DNA of 64,000 nucleotides from Bacilli bacterium (GCA_045589955.1 JAZNQD010000004.1:122-64121), one strand, 5' to 3'; positions 21,209 to 31,545 are shown, counted from the first letter of the stretch. Made by a program: numbers and translations. The notes: generated by a model not told the origin, from the sequence alone.

Positions 21209-21227
21209 GAAATTATAGGAGACAAAT

Positions 21228-23933
21228 ATGAAAAAATTAACAAGTTATGAAATTAGAAATATGTGGCTTACATTTTTTGCTTCTAAGGGACATAAAGTTG
21301 TACCAAGTGCATCTTTAGTGCCAGTAGATGATCCAACATTATTATGGATTAATGCAGGTGTTGCCCCATTAAAAAAATATTTTGATGGACGAGAAATTCC
21401 TGAAAATCCTCGTTTATGTAATGCCCAAAAATCAATTAGAACAAATGATATCGAAAATGTTGGGAAAACGGCACGTCATCATACATTCTTTGAAATGTTA
21501 GGTAACTTTTCAATTGGTGATTACTTCCGCGAAGAAGCAATTCAAATGGCTTCTGAAATTTTATTTGATGAAAAATGGTTTGGTTTTAACCATGACCAAA
21601 TTTATATTACTTATTATCCAGATGATAAATATACTTATAATAAATGGGTATCATGTGGTGTTTCACCAGATCATTTAATTGCCCTAGAAGACAATTTCTG
21701 GGAAATTGGTGAAGGACCATGTGGACCAGATACTGAAATTTTCTTTGACCGTGGAGAAAAATATGATCCTAATGGTCTTGGTATTAAGATGTTAAAGGAA
21801 GATATTGAAAATGATCGATATATCGAAATATGGAATATTGTTTTAAGTCAATTTAATTCAATGCCAGGGGTTCCTCGTAGTCAATACAAAGAATTACCAA
21901 GTAAAAATATTGATACAGGTAGTGGTTTAGAAAGACTTGCTTGTATTTTCCAAGAAACAGAAACAAACTATGAAACTGATTTATTCTTACCAATGATTAA
22001 GTATATTGAAAGTATTTGTTCATATAAATATGAAGGTGCTTCATTTGAAATTAAAATGGCATTTAGAGTAATTGTCGACCATATTCGTAGTGTCAGTTTT
22101 GCAATTGCTGATGGAGCAATGTTGTCAAATGAAGGACGTGGTTATGTTCTTAGAAGAATCTTAAGACGTGCAGTTCGTTATGGAAGAAAATTAGGTATTA
22201 CAAGACCATTCTTATATCAAATTGTTTCTGTTGTTGTTGATAATATGAAATCATTTTATACATACTTAGTCGAAAAACAAGCAATTATTGAAAAAATTGT
22301 TAAGACTGAAGAAGAAAATTTCCTAAGAACTTTAGAAGCTGGCGAAAAGAAATTACAAGAAATTATTACAAAATCGACAAATAAGACTATCTCTGGTGAA
22401 GATGCATTCTTATTATATGATACATTTGGCTTCCCAATTGAATTAACAGTAGAAGCGGCTCTTGACCAAAATTATAATGTTGATTTAGAAGGATTCAATG
22501 AAGCTCTTAAAAATCAAAAAGAACGTGCTCGTAAAGCACGTAATGATCAACAATCAATGAATGTCCAAAACGAAGACTTCTTGAATTATAAAAAAGAAAG
22601 TAAATTCATTGGGTATGAAACTTTAACAAATGAACATGCTAAAGTTGTAGGATTATTTAAAAATGGTAAAAAGGTTGATAGTGCAAATGGATTAGTTTAT
22701 GTTGTTTTAGACAAAACACCATTCTATGCTTTATCAGGTGGTCAAATGGGTGACCATGGCACATTAATTATTAATAATCAATCTGTTTCAGTTTATGATA
22801 CATTCAAGTTACCTAATCAACAACATGCCCATGTAGTTGATTTAGGAGAAAACACATTATATATTAATGATGAAGTTGTTGCAACAGTTGATGAAAAAAT
22901 TCGTTTTGAAGTTGCTTGTAATCACTCTGCAACTCATTTATTAAATCAAGCTTTAAGAGAAGTACTAGGTGCCCATGTTGTTCAACAAGGTTCACAAGTT
23001 ACTCAAGAAAACTTAAGATTTGACTTTAACCATTATCAAAATTTAACTACTGAAGAAATTCTTCAAGTTGAAAAAATAGTAAATCAAGAAATATCTAATG
23101 CACACAAAGTAAATATTATTGAAACTTCACTTGAAGAAGCTAAAAAAGTTGGAGCTCAAGCTGAATTTGGTGAAAAATATGGCGAAGTTGTGCGACTAGT
23201 TGATATGAACTTTAGTAAAGAACTTTGTGGTGGTACGCATGTTACAAATACTTCACTAATTGAAAAATTTGCAATTGTAAGTATTGAATCAAAAGGTTCA
23301 GGTATTTTCCGTGTTGAAGCTTCAACAAATGCAAATCTTTACTCTTATCTTGAAGAAAAAATTAACAATTTTAAACAAGAAATTATCACTATTATGGGTA
23401 AAGTTGAAGAAATTGTAAGTAAAGCTAAGAATGAAAATCAAGTTATCAGTCATGGAGAGATCACTATTCCAACATTAACTGGTAGTTATCAAGATATTCT
23501 AACATATCGTCAAGCATACGAAGATGCAAGACGTGTTTTAAAAGAAGTAGATAAAGAATATGAAGCATTACAAAGAAAATTAAATGCGATTGATTATAAA
23601 GATTTCTTAGGAAATGTTAAATTTATTAATGGTATTAATACAATTGTTGTCAAAGTTGAAAATCAAGATATTAACTCTGTTAAAGATGTTATTGATAATT
23701 TAGCTAATCAATTCGATAACTGTGTTATTTTCTTTGCGATTGTTAATGATGGTAAAATTATCTTTGTTGCTAAATCAAAAGGTAATAAAGTTCATTGTGG
23801 AGATTTAGTTAAAACAGCTGCTATTGCAACTGGTGGAAATGGTGGAGGTCGCCCTGATTTTGCTCAAGCGGGTGGCAAAGACGCTTCACAAGTGGACGAA
23901 GCATTACAATTAGTTCTTAATAAGGTGAATTAA
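21228..23933 (+). CDS. alaS: Alanine--tRNA ligase
   Basis: 901 aa. Class II catalytic core, editing domain HxxxH...CGGTHV, and C-terminal DHHA1 domain. Confidence 0.95.
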   Translation: MKKLTSYEIRNMWLTFFASKGHKVVPSASLVPVDDPTLLWINAGVAPLKKYFDGREIPENPRLCNAQKSIRTNDIENVGKTARHHTFFEMLGNFSIGDYFREEAIQMASEILFDEKWFGFNHDQIYITYYPDDKYTYNKWVSCGVSPDHLIALEDNFWEIGEGPCGPDTEIFFDRGEKYDPNGLGIKMLKEDIENDRYIEIWNIVLSQFNSMPGVPRSQYKELPSKNIDTGSGLERLACIFQETETNYETDLFLPMIKYIESICSYKYEGASFEIKMAFRVIVDHIRSVSFAIADGAMLSNEGRGYVLRRILRRAVRYGRKLGITRPFLYQIVSVVVDNMKSFYTYLVEKQAIIEKIVKTEEENFLRTLEAGEKKLQEIITKSTNKTISGEDAFLLYDTFGFPIELTVEAALDQNYNVDLEGFNEALKNQKERARKARNDQQSMNVQNEDFLNYKKESKFIGYETLTNEHAKVVGLFKNGKKVDSANGLVYVVLDKTPFYALSGGQMGDHGTLIINNQSVSVYDTFKLPNQQHAHVVDLGENTLYINDEVVATVDEKIRFEVACNHSATHLLNQALREVLGAHVVQQGSQVTQENLRFDFNHYQNLTTEEILQVEKIVNQEISNAHKVNIIETSLEEAKKVGAQAEFGEKYGEVVRLVDMNFSKELCGGTHVTNTSLIEKFAIVSIESKGSGIFRVEASTNANLYSYLEEKINNFKQEIITIMGKVEEIVSKAKNENQVISHGEITIPTLTGSYQDILTYRQAYEDARRVLKEVDKEYEALQRKLNAIDYKDFLGNVKFINGINTIVVKVENQDINSVKDVIDNLANQFDNCVIFFAIVNDGKIIFVAKSKGNKVHCGDLVKTAAIATGGNGGGRPDFAQAGGKDASQVDEALQLVLNKVN

Positions 23934-24349
23934 TGCGATATATTGGTTTAGATTTAGGACGCCGTACTTGTGGTGTTGCAATCAGTGATCCATCTGGTAT
24001 TATTGCTACTGCAGTTGATACAATTAGATTTAGAGAGAATGATTTGCAAAAATGTTTAGAATGTGTTATAATTTATGTTAGAGAAAAAAATGCTCAAAAA
24101 ATAGTTCTAGGTTATCCAATTAACATGAATGGAACATTAGGACCACAATCTGAATATGTGCTTGAATTTAAAAAGATGCTTGAAGAAGCTTTAGATCTAG
24201 AAGTTATATTATATGACGAAAGATTAACAAGTGTAGAAGTTAACAAAATTATGATATCTGCAGACTTAAGTCGTAATAAACGTAAAACTAAAGTTGATAC
24301 TTTAGCAGCGACATTGATTCTACAATCATATTTAGATAGTAAAAGATAG
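23933..24349 (+). CDS. ruvX: Pre-16S rRNA nuclease / putative Holliday junction resolvase YqgF
   Basis: MRYIGLDLGRRTCGVAISD N-terminus. 138 aa. Start overlaps the alaS stop (TAATG). Conserved alaS-ruvX synteny. Confidence 0.85.
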   Translation: MRYIGLDLGRRTCGVAISDPSGIIATAVDTIRFRENDLQKCLECVIIYVREKNAQKIVLGYPINMNGTLGPQSEYVLEFKKMLEEALDLEVILYDERLTSVEVNKIMISADLSRNKRKTKVDTLAATLILQSYLDSKR

Positions 24350-24366
24350 AAAGGAATAAACTTATT

Positions 24367-24789
24367 ATGGAAAACAAAATTAATCCAATTGAAGGACAAT
24401 TAACAATTATTGATGCAGAAGGCACTGAAAGATTATGCCAAATTCTATTTACTTTAGAATCAGAAGAATTTGGTAAAAAATATGTTATTTTCTATCCTCT
24501 TGAACAATTAGAAGGAGAAGATGACGATCAAATTCAATTAATGGCTGCTTCATTTACTGAAGGTGAAGATGGTAATGGTGAATTACAAGAAATCGAAACA
24601 GAAGAAGAATGGGCTTTAATTGAAGATGCAGTTGCTGAATTTGAAGAATCTATGGAACAAGAACACCATTGTGGATGTGGCTGCGGTCATGAATGTGGTG
24701 AAGGCGAATGTGATGGCGAATGCGAATGTGAAGAAGATGGAGAAGAACATCACTGTGGATGTGGTCACTGCCATCATCACGATGAATAA
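24367..24789 (+). CDS. DUF1292 (YrzB-family) protein with C-terminal Cys/His-rich metal-binding tail
   Basis: Acidic DUF1292 pattern (LTIIDAEGTE..FTLESEEFGKKYVIFYP...EEEWALIEDA). The conserved alaS-ruvX-yrzB gene order is retained. C-terminal 40 aa are HHCGCGCGHECGEGECDGECECEEDGEEHHCGCGHCHHHDE. Confidence 0.65.
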   Translation: MENKINPIEGQLTIIDAEGTERLCQILFTLESEEFGKKYVIFYPLEQLEGEDDDQIQLMAASFTEGEDGNGELQEIETEEEWALIEDAVAEFEESMEQEHHCGCGCGHECGEGECDGECECEEDGEEHHCGCGHCHHHDE

Positions 24790-24792
24790 TTA

Positions 24793-24830
24793 AAAAATCG
24801 AGTATAGATTAATCTATACTCGAATTTTTT
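24793..24830. terminator. Bidirectional terminator between convergent genes
   Basis: Hairpin AATCGAGTATAGATTAATCTATACTCGAATT flanked by A and T runs. Confidence 0.65.
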
Positions 24831-25830
24831 ATTTTGTATTCATAATAACAAAATCAGCAATTTGATCGTAAATTTGACCATTAGTTTCATCAATTTCAAA
24901 AATATCTTGGTGTTTCTTTGGCTGAGCAATTGGAATTTGCGCAATTAGTTCAGTTTCTAAAGCTTGTGCAACTTGAATACCACCGCCTTGGCCAAAAATA
25001 TATTCTTTTTGTCCATTAATTGGATTTGTATAGTATGACATATTTTCAACTACACCTAAAAGTTCATGATTTAGTGAACGACAGGCATGGCCTGCTTTTA
25101 CTGCAACATGGCTTGCAGATGGATGTGGAGTCGTTACTAAGATCATTTTTGCTTGAGGAACAATATTCTTAATATCTAATGTGATATCTCCAGTTCCTGG
25201 TGGGAAGTCAATAATAACAAATTTTGTATCTGGACGCCATTTGACATCATAAAAGAAGTGGTTTAGCATACTATTCAACATTCCTCCACGCCAAATAACT
25301 GGTTGGCTTGGATCTGTAAAAAACTCAGTAGAAATAATTTCCATATTATCTTTAAATAAAGGAATAATTTTTTGATCTTCAGTAAAATGTGGATTAGCAT
25401 GAGGAACTTCTAAGATGGTAGGTAAGCTAGATCCATAGATATCTGCATCAATAATACCAACATCATAACCTTTTTTCATTAAACGATAAGCGATGTTTGC
25501 AGCAACATTACTTTTACCTACACCACCTTTACCAGAAATTACTCCGATAAAGTTAATAGGTTGTTTTGTAATGCTCCCATATACGCGATTTTCTTCAATT
25601 TCAATTTTAATGCCGGCATGACCTTCATCAATTTTTACTAGTTTTGCAATAGAACGTTTAAATTTTGTTTCATCATCACCACTAATTTTATGCATAGTGA
25701 CAAGTACTGTTACAACATCTTTTTCATCGTCATAACCAATATGTTTTAAAGCGTTGTTTTCTTTAATTGTTTGACCATTACTAGGGTCAATAATAGCTTC
25801 AATTTTTGTTTTTAATGCATCTAAATTCAT
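24829..25830 (-). CDS. Mrp/NBP35/ApbC-family Fe-S cluster carrier ATPase
   Basis: Deviant Walker A ISGKGGVGKS; CxxC pair region; N-terminal DUF59-like domain; 333 aa. Confidence 0.8.
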   Translation of the reverse strand: MNLDALKTKIEAIIDPSNGQTIKENNALKHIGYDDEKDVVTVLVTMHKISGDDETKFKRSIAKLVKIDEGHAGIKIEIEENRVYGSITKQPINFIGVISGKGGVGKSNVAANIAYRLMKKGYDVGIIDADIYGSSLPTILEVPHANPHFTEDQKIIPLFKDNMEIISTEFFTDPSQPVIWRGGMLNSMLNHFFYDVKWRPDTKFVIIDFPPGTGDITLDIKNIVPQAKMILVTTPHPSASHVAVKAGHACRSLNHELLGVVENMSYYTNPINGQKEYIFGQGGGIQVAQALETELIAQIPIAQPKKHQDIFEIDETNGQIYDQIADFVIMNTK

Positions 25831-25832
25831 AT

Positions 25833-26984
25833 TTATTCCTTTCTCAAAATTGGTAATTGTTGTTCTTTCTTTAATAAAGTATCATCGTTTGTAAGAATAC
25901 CATAAAGTTTTGTTGCCTTTAATTCGTATTCATTAATGATTTTAGTCTCATCATCTTGGTTTTTTAATTCTTTTGTCCCAGAGAATATAAGATTTTTGAC
26001 ATCTTTATCTAATGTATTTAAATAATGAACTCCTTTAGAAGACATCCCGAGAATTCTTAGATATGGATGATATTTATAAGGGTGATTAATATTTAATAAA
26101 TTGTAAAGGATTTGTCGGTTAATGCGATTAATAGAGTAGCGTTTATTCTTTAGACTTTGTTGCAAAGAATCTAAAGAAGAAAAAACACCATTTTTAGAAA
26201 TATAATTATTAATACCTTCTATATTTAGATTATTAGTATTTACGACTTGGTATTGATATTTGATAATATTAATAAAATTTTCTTTCGCTTTAGGATAGTT
26301 AATTAAACTATTAAAACTATCCTTTGGTAATGTATTTTCGAAAGGTAATTTATTTTCAATGGCATTTCGAATAGCACTAGCACTAGCAATATCGCTATTA
26401 ATTGTTTTATCATGGTAATTAGAATTGATTCTTTTTATAAGATGTGAATTAATATTAATATTATTGAGTTTAAGCGTTTTTAAGTATTGAATAGCCAATG
26501 TGACATTTGGTTGATTGAATATTTTTATATCATCGTCTGTTAAATATTTTTCTAATTCTTTTGCGACTATATTTTTGTAGCTTAATTCATAATTTTTATT
26601 ATCTTCCATTGCTTTTAAAAATGGAGAAGAAGTAATAATATTAACATAATTATTTAGTTTATTTAAATCGTTTATCTCGCAACCAAAAGCCAAATCAGTA
26701 ATATTTAAATTAACCAAATTGCGAATGCTTGCATCACAAAAGAAGTCTGCACTTTGTGTTGCTTGAGAAAAAGGTAGTTCTAAAACAATATCAACACCAT
26801 GATTTAGTAAAATATTTGTCTTGTCAAATTTGTTTAAAAGGGAAATTTCTCCTCGCATTGTAAATGATGTTGATGTTATAGCAACCAAAACATCAGGATT
26901 TAGTTGTTTTCTACATTCATTAATAAAGTACAAATGTCCATTATGAAATGGGTTTGCCTCAATGACGATACCTAATACTTTCAT
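25833..26984 (-). CDS. tmcAL: tRNA(Met) cytidine acetate ligase (YlbM/UPF0348 nucleotidyltransferase family)
   Basis: N-terminus MKVLGIVIEANPFHNGHLYF with the HxGH motif. Internal YLRILGMSSKG matches B. subtilis YlbM YIRLLGMTKKG. Likely co-transcribed with the Mrp gene. Confidence 0.8.
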   Translation of the reverse strand: MKVLGIVIEANPFHNGHLYFINECRKQLNPDVLVAITSTSFTMRGEISLLNKFDKTNILLNHGVDIVLELPFSQATQSADFFCDASIRNLVNLNITDLAFGCEINDLNKLNNYVNIITSSPFLKAMEDNKNYELSYKNIVAKELEKYLTDDDIKIFNQPNVTLAIQYLKTLKLNNININSHLIKRINSNYHDKTINSDIASASAIRNAIENKLPFENTLPKDSFNSLINYPKAKENFINIIKYQYQVVNTNNLNIEGINNYISKNGVFSSLDSLQQSLKNKRYSINRINRQILYNLLNINHPYKYHPYLRILGMSSKGVHYLNTLDKDVKNLIFSGTKELKNQDDETKIINEYELKATKLYGILTNDDTLLKKEQQLPILRKE

Positions 26985-27101
26985 ATTCTCACCTATCAGT
27001 ATTATATTATACCATAAAATTCGTTATTTGTCTTGGAAATGAGGCTAAAAAATGACAAATTATTTTCTTTCCTTATTATATAATATAGTCGAGGTGATAC
27101 A

Positions 27102-27443
27102 ATGTTTAGCTACATTAATGATAAACAATTAAGGTTAATTGTAAAAAAATACAACACAATTTTACTAGTCTATGAAAATGAAAATCAATTATTGAAGATG
27201 ATGAAGGTCCAACTTAATAAAATAAGAAAAATATATAATGATGAGTTTAAGTATTATCTTATTCATCGAAAAGATATTGAGAATATCTTAAAAAGTACAA
27301 TTTCTACTTTTCCTCAACTTGTGATTATGGAAAAGGATAAAGTTGTTGCATCGATGTATGGTTTTAGACAAATCAAAGAAGTTATAAAGACAATTGAATT
27401 TAATTTTCGCTTAAGCCTATGTAAAAGTATAAAATGTGCATAA
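27102..27443 (+). CDS. Hypothetical protein, possible thioredoxin-fold without CxxC
   Basis: 113-aa ORF with beta-alpha-beta pattern. No recognisable catalytic motif. Confidence 0.3.
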   Translation: MFSYINDKQLRLIVKKYNTILLVYENENQLLKMMKVQLNKIRKIYNDEFKYYLIHRKDIENILKSTISTFPQLVIMEKDKVVASMYGFRQIKEVIKTIEFNFRLSLCKSIKCA

Positions 27444-28026
27444 GATAAAATGTGATAATATGAAACAAAATAAAATTAAATATGCTTTAAGATCATCGTT
27501 TGTTGGTTTAATTGCAGGGGTATGTGTCCAATATATTGTTGAAGTTGTAATTAAAATAATGAAAAAAGAAAATCTTCTTCAAGCTTTGAAAGTACAGGGA
27601 ACTTGGCAAGCTTATTATACAGCTGGAATTGCCGGAGGAATAAATGGATTTTTATTACCATTTATTCCTTCTAGGTTATATTCATTTTCATCTATCTTGG
27701 TGGTAGTTGCAATATATAACACTTTACTAATTTTTTCTAATCCAGAAGAGTTTGAAAATAATTTGAAATCAAATAATAATTTTGTGTTTGGTATTATCAG
27801 AGATATCTTTTTGATCTATTTAATAATATTTCTTTTTAATAAAATTAGTTTGTTAACAAATAAAAATAAAAAAAGTAAAAAAAGAGAAGAATTATCTTTT
27901 GGATCCTTGCTAGGGGTTACAATTATTAGTTCAATTATTATTAGTTTGTCATTTAATTATACACAAGAGGGCTTAAATGGAATTTTAGGATTTACTAATA
28001 CTTTGAATGAGGCGATAACTGATTAA
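27436..28026 (+). CDS. Hypothetical membrane protein (4 predicted TM helices)
   Basis: ORF with hydrophobic segments. Start uncertain (27436 or 27460). Confidence 0.35.
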   Translation: MHKIKCDNMKQNKIKYALRSSFVGLIAGVCVQYIVEVVIKIMKKENLLQALKVQGTWQAYYTAGIAGGINGFLLPFIPSRLYSFSSILVVVAIYNTLLIFSNPEEFENNLKSNNNFVFGIIRDIFLIYLIIFLFNKISLLTNKNKKSKKREELSFGSLLGVTIISSIIISLSFNYTQEGLNGILGFTNTLNEAITD

Positions 28027-28038
28027 AAAAGGATAAAC

Positions 28039-28740
28039 TCAGTTGAGTTTATCCTTTACTTTACTTGATTTATATTTAATTACACATTCTTTTAAATGAG
28101 AAAAAATAATTTCTGTTTGAGCATCATTTAAGCGTTCTGGGTGCCACTGAAAGGCGAACATTGGTAATTCAGTATGTTCAATTCCTTCAATAACATCACC
28201 ATTTTTAAATGTAACAATAAATCCTTCCGGTAATTCTTTAACACATTGATGGTGAAAAGTATTAACTTCAAATTCGTTAGGTAATTTGTCGGCTAAATGA
28301 CCGCCATTTACTTTTAAGACATCATGTTTTCTATCTTCGTGTGGATGATATAAATTACTTGTTGCAATGTCTTGATATAATTTCTTACCATTTACAGCTG
28401 AAATAGATTGAATCCCTCGACAAATGCCTAAAAGAGGTTTTTGATGCTTCATCGCATGCTTGATTACTGCCGTATCAAGTTCATCTAAATAATCACGAAT
28501 ATCTTTTGATAGGCCTTCTTCATTGCTTTCATTATATAATTTTGGATTTAAGTCATCGCCACCAATAACTAAGAAACCGTCACAAAGAGGTAAAATTTCT
28601 TCATATAAATGAGGACACAAGATAATAGGAGTCATTCCCCTACTTGTTAGGTTATCTAAATATTGTTTATGGACTCTTACATAAGTATTTTTTTCATCGT
28701 CATGGATGCGGGCAGTTACGCCAATAATAAGATTGTTCAT
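28039..28740 (-). CDS. Class I glutamine amidotransferase-like peptidase C26 (gamma-glutamyl hydrolase, PuuD-like)
   Basis: Nucleophile motif LGICRGIQ and HPE triad motif (FQWHPE). 233 aa. Confidence 0.75.
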   Translation of the reverse strand: MNNLIIGVTARIHDDEKNTYVRVHKQYLDNLTSRGMTPIILCPHLYEEILPLCDGFLVIGGDDLNPKLYNESNEEGLSKDIRDYLDELDTAVIKHAMKHQKPLLGICRGIQSISAVNGKKLYQDIATSNLYHPHEDRKHDVLKVNGGHLADKLPNEFEVNTFHHQCVKELPEGFIVTFKNGDVIEGIEHTELPMFAFQWHPERLNDAQTEIIFSHLKECVIKYKSSKVKDKLN

Positions 28741-28854
28741 AGTACCTCCAATTCTTTAATATTATATCATATTCTTTCAAAAAATAATAATAATTAACAT
28801 TATAATGTCTTGAAAAAATATTAAAAATTTAGTATAATATATTAAGAAAGAAGT

Positions 28855-31515
28855 ATGATTAATATGAAACAAAAAATAACAATAAATGCCGAAGTTGAAC
28901 GTTTTGAACCTAATCCCCAAATTGGATTAACACAAGAACAGGTAGAACTTCGAAAAACACAAAAACTCATAAATAAATCAAATCAAAAAATTGGTCGTGG
29001 TTATGGCAAAATCTTTATTCGACATTTATGTACTTTCTTTAATATTATGTACGTAATTATTACTGCTTTGCTTGCGATAGCCGCAGCTTTACAATTTGGT
29101 AAAGATATTCCTTATTATGATCGTATTGCTTTACCTGATTTTACCTTTTTGATTATTGTCACAGTTAATACTGTAATTGGTTTAGTTCAAGAAATACGTT
29201 CAAAAATCACAATTGATAAACTTACTTTACTTACTCAACCTAAGGTTACTGTTATACGTGATGGTAAAAAACAAGAAATTTCTGTTGAAGATGTTGTTTT
29301 AGATGATATTTTATATTTAACAATCGGTAAAGAAATTGTAGCCGATGCAGTTGTTATTCAAGGTGGAGTTGAAGTTAATGAATCACAGTTAACTGGTGAA
29401 TCTAATTCAATTAATAAAAAAGAAGGTTATGAATTATATTCTGGCAGTTTTGTTGTTGCAGGAACATGTTATGCAAAGGTGGAACATGTTGGTGATAGTA
29501 ATGAAATAAATAAGCTAACTTCTCAAGCTAAAAACTATAAACGCCCTAAATCGATTATTTTAAGTTCAATTGGCTTGTTCTTAAAGGTTGTAGCTTTTAT
29601 TTTTGTTATTACTGGTGTGTCAATGTTAATTCTTTATATGACAAAATATCAAAAAGATTTCTCTGTTGCGGTAAAATCTACTTCAGCTGCTCTTATTGGT
29701 ATGATTCCTGCTGGTATTTACTTAATTACTTCAGTATCTTTAGCTCTAAGCCAAGCACGTCTTGCAAAAAAACGTACGCTTGTTCAAGATATGTATTGTA
29801 TTGAAATGCTTGCAAGAACTGATGTCTTATGCCTTGATAAAACAGGTACATTAACTGATGGTACAATGTCGGTTATAAGATTTCTTGACAAACGTTTAGA
29901 ATCGAATGATGATTTTGTAGAACAACCAAAAATTGAAGACATAATGAGTTCTATTAATAAGGCTCTTATGGATACTAATACAACTTCCAAAGCCTTAGTT
30001 AATTATTTTGGTTATAGTAGAATATATAAACCTATTGAAAAAATGTCCTTTTCTTCAGAACGTAAGTATTCTGTTGTTGCTCTTGCTAAATTAGGTAATT
30101 TCTTAGTTGGTGCACCTGAAGTATTATTAAAAGGTGATTTCAAAAAATATTCAAGTGAAATAAATGAATATGCAAAAGAAGGACTTCGTGTCGTAGCTTT
30201 AACTCATAGTTTAGAAAATATTGATTCGATAATTGAAAAAGGAATTTCTGAACCTGCAATCTTAGATGCATTAATTCTTATTGAAGATCAAATTCGTCCT
30301 GATGCTTATGAAACAATCCAATATTTTAAAGAAAACGATGTTGATATTAAAATTATTTCAGGAGATAATCCTGTAACAGTTTCTGAGGTGGCACGTCGTG
30401 TTGGCGTTGATAGAGCAAATGAATATATTAGCTTAGATGGTATGAAAGATGAGGATGTTTATCAAATAGCTAATAGTTATACTGTTTTTGGCCGTGTAAA
30501 ACCTGAACAAAAGAAAATTATTGTAAAAGCTTTAAAAGATAGTGGTAAAACTGTTGCCATGACGGGTGATGGTGTTAACGATATTCCTGCTTTAAAAGAA
30601 GCTGATTGTAGTATTGCAATGGCTTCTGGTAATGATGCAGTTAGAAAAGTAGCTCAACTTGTATTGCTTGATTCAAATTTCTCATCAATGCCAAGTGTTG
30701 TGAAAGAGGGCCGTCGTGTTATAAATAACGTTGAACGTTCGGCATCTTTATTCTTAGTAAAAACATTATTTATTATCTTGCTTGCTATTTTAACATTAGC
30801 TGGATTTGTTGGTCATTTTGCACCTGATGGAGATGGTACATTCCCAATCGCAAGTACAAAACAATTATTATTATTAGAAGGTTTTGCGATAGGTATTCCT
30901 TCGTTCTATTTAGCAATTCAATCTGACTTTACAAAGTTTAAAGGTAATTTCTTATTTAACGTTCTAAAAAAAGCATTACCAGGCGCTTTAGCTATTACAA
31001 TTGAAGTAATGGTAGCTTATATTTTTGCTAAATTATTAGGATTGACATCAATGGAAGTAAAAACATTATCAGTATTATGTGCAACAGGTACATGTTTCAT
31101 GGTATTGTTCTTGGCTTTTAAACCTTTTAATCGTCAAAGAATTATCATTTTTATATCTTTAGTTTGTTTCGTAATATTTACAATTATGTTATCAATGGCG
31201 CATATAGAATTTACCATTCCAATTGTTAATATTCCAATTAACTTTAATTCAATCTTTGGTTTTGAGAAACTCCATGAGTTAATTCAAAATCCACCTGGAT
31301 CAAGTTATGAATATAGTGTTAATGCTACTGGATTAATGATGGCTATAATTCTTATTATGTTCTCATATGTCCTTATTACAGCCTTAACAGCATTATTTGG
31401 AACGATTGAAAAGAAACTTAATAAGTCATTTATTGATGATTTGGAAGAATTCACTAATCAAGGACGTAGTATTGAAGAGTTTTTCTTGAATAGAAATAAA
31501 AGAAAGAAAAAGTAA
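28855..31515 (+). CDS. P-type (E1-E2) cation-transporting ATPase, type II/III-like, substrate unclear
   Basis: DKTGTLT phosphorylation motif. TGDGVNDIPALKEADCSIAM hinge. About 10 TM helices. 886 aa. The TM4 ion-site motif reads IPAGIY rather than PEGL or CPC. Confidence 0.8.
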   Translation: MINMKQKITINAEVERFEPNPQIGLTQEQVELRKTQKLINKSNQKIGRGYGKIFIRHLCTFFNIMYVIITALLAIAAALQFGKDIPYYDRIALPDFTFLIIVTVNTVIGLVQEIRSKITIDKLTLLTQPKVTVIRDGKKQEISVEDVVLDDILYLTIGKEIVADAVVIQGGVEVNESQLTGESNSINKKEGYELYSGSFVVAGTCYAKVEHVGDSNEINKLTSQAKNYKRPKSIILSSIGLFLKVVAFIFVITGVSMLILYMTKYQKDFSVAVKSTSAALIGMIPAGIYLITSVSLALSQARLAKKRTLVQDMYCIEMLARTDVLCLDKTGTLTDGTMSVIRFLDKRLESNDDFVEQPKIEDIMSSINKALMDTNTTSKALVNYFGYSRIYKPIEKMSFSSERKYSVVALAKLGNFLVGAPEVLLKGDFKKYSSEINEYAKEGLRVVALTHSLENIDSIIEKGISEPAILDALILIEDQIRPDAYETIQYFKENDVDIKIISGDNPVTVSEVARRVGVDRANEYISLDGMKDEDVYQIANSYTVFGRVKPEQKKIIVKALKDSGKTVAMTGDGVNDIPALKEADCSIAMASGNDAVRKVAQLVLLDSNFSSMPSVVKEGRRVINNVERSASLFLVKTLFIILLAILTLAGFVGHFAPDGDGTFPIASTKQLLLLEGFAIGIPSFYLAIQSDFTKFKGNFLFNVLKKALPGALAITIEVMVAYIFAKLLGLTSMEVKTLSVLCATGTCFMVLFLAFKPFNRQRIIIFISLVCFVIFTIMLSMAHIEFTIPIVNIPINFNSIFGFEKLHELIQNPPGSSYEYSVNATGLMMAIILIMFSYVLITALTALFGTIEKKLNKSFIDDLEEFTNQGRSIEEFFLNRNKRKKK

Positions 31516-31545
31516 TAATCGAAAGATTATTACTTTTTTTGGGCT
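31513..31545 (+). terminator. Rho-independent terminator after the P-type ATPase gene
   Basis: Hairpin AGTAATAATCGAAAGATTATTACT followed by TTTTTTT. Confidence 0.65.

Noticed and set aside
28741-28854. Possible M-box or other riboswitch upstream of the P-type ATPase
   Set aside because: The spacer of about 114 nt is too short and lacks conserved M-box helices. It contains only promoter-like TATAAT elements.
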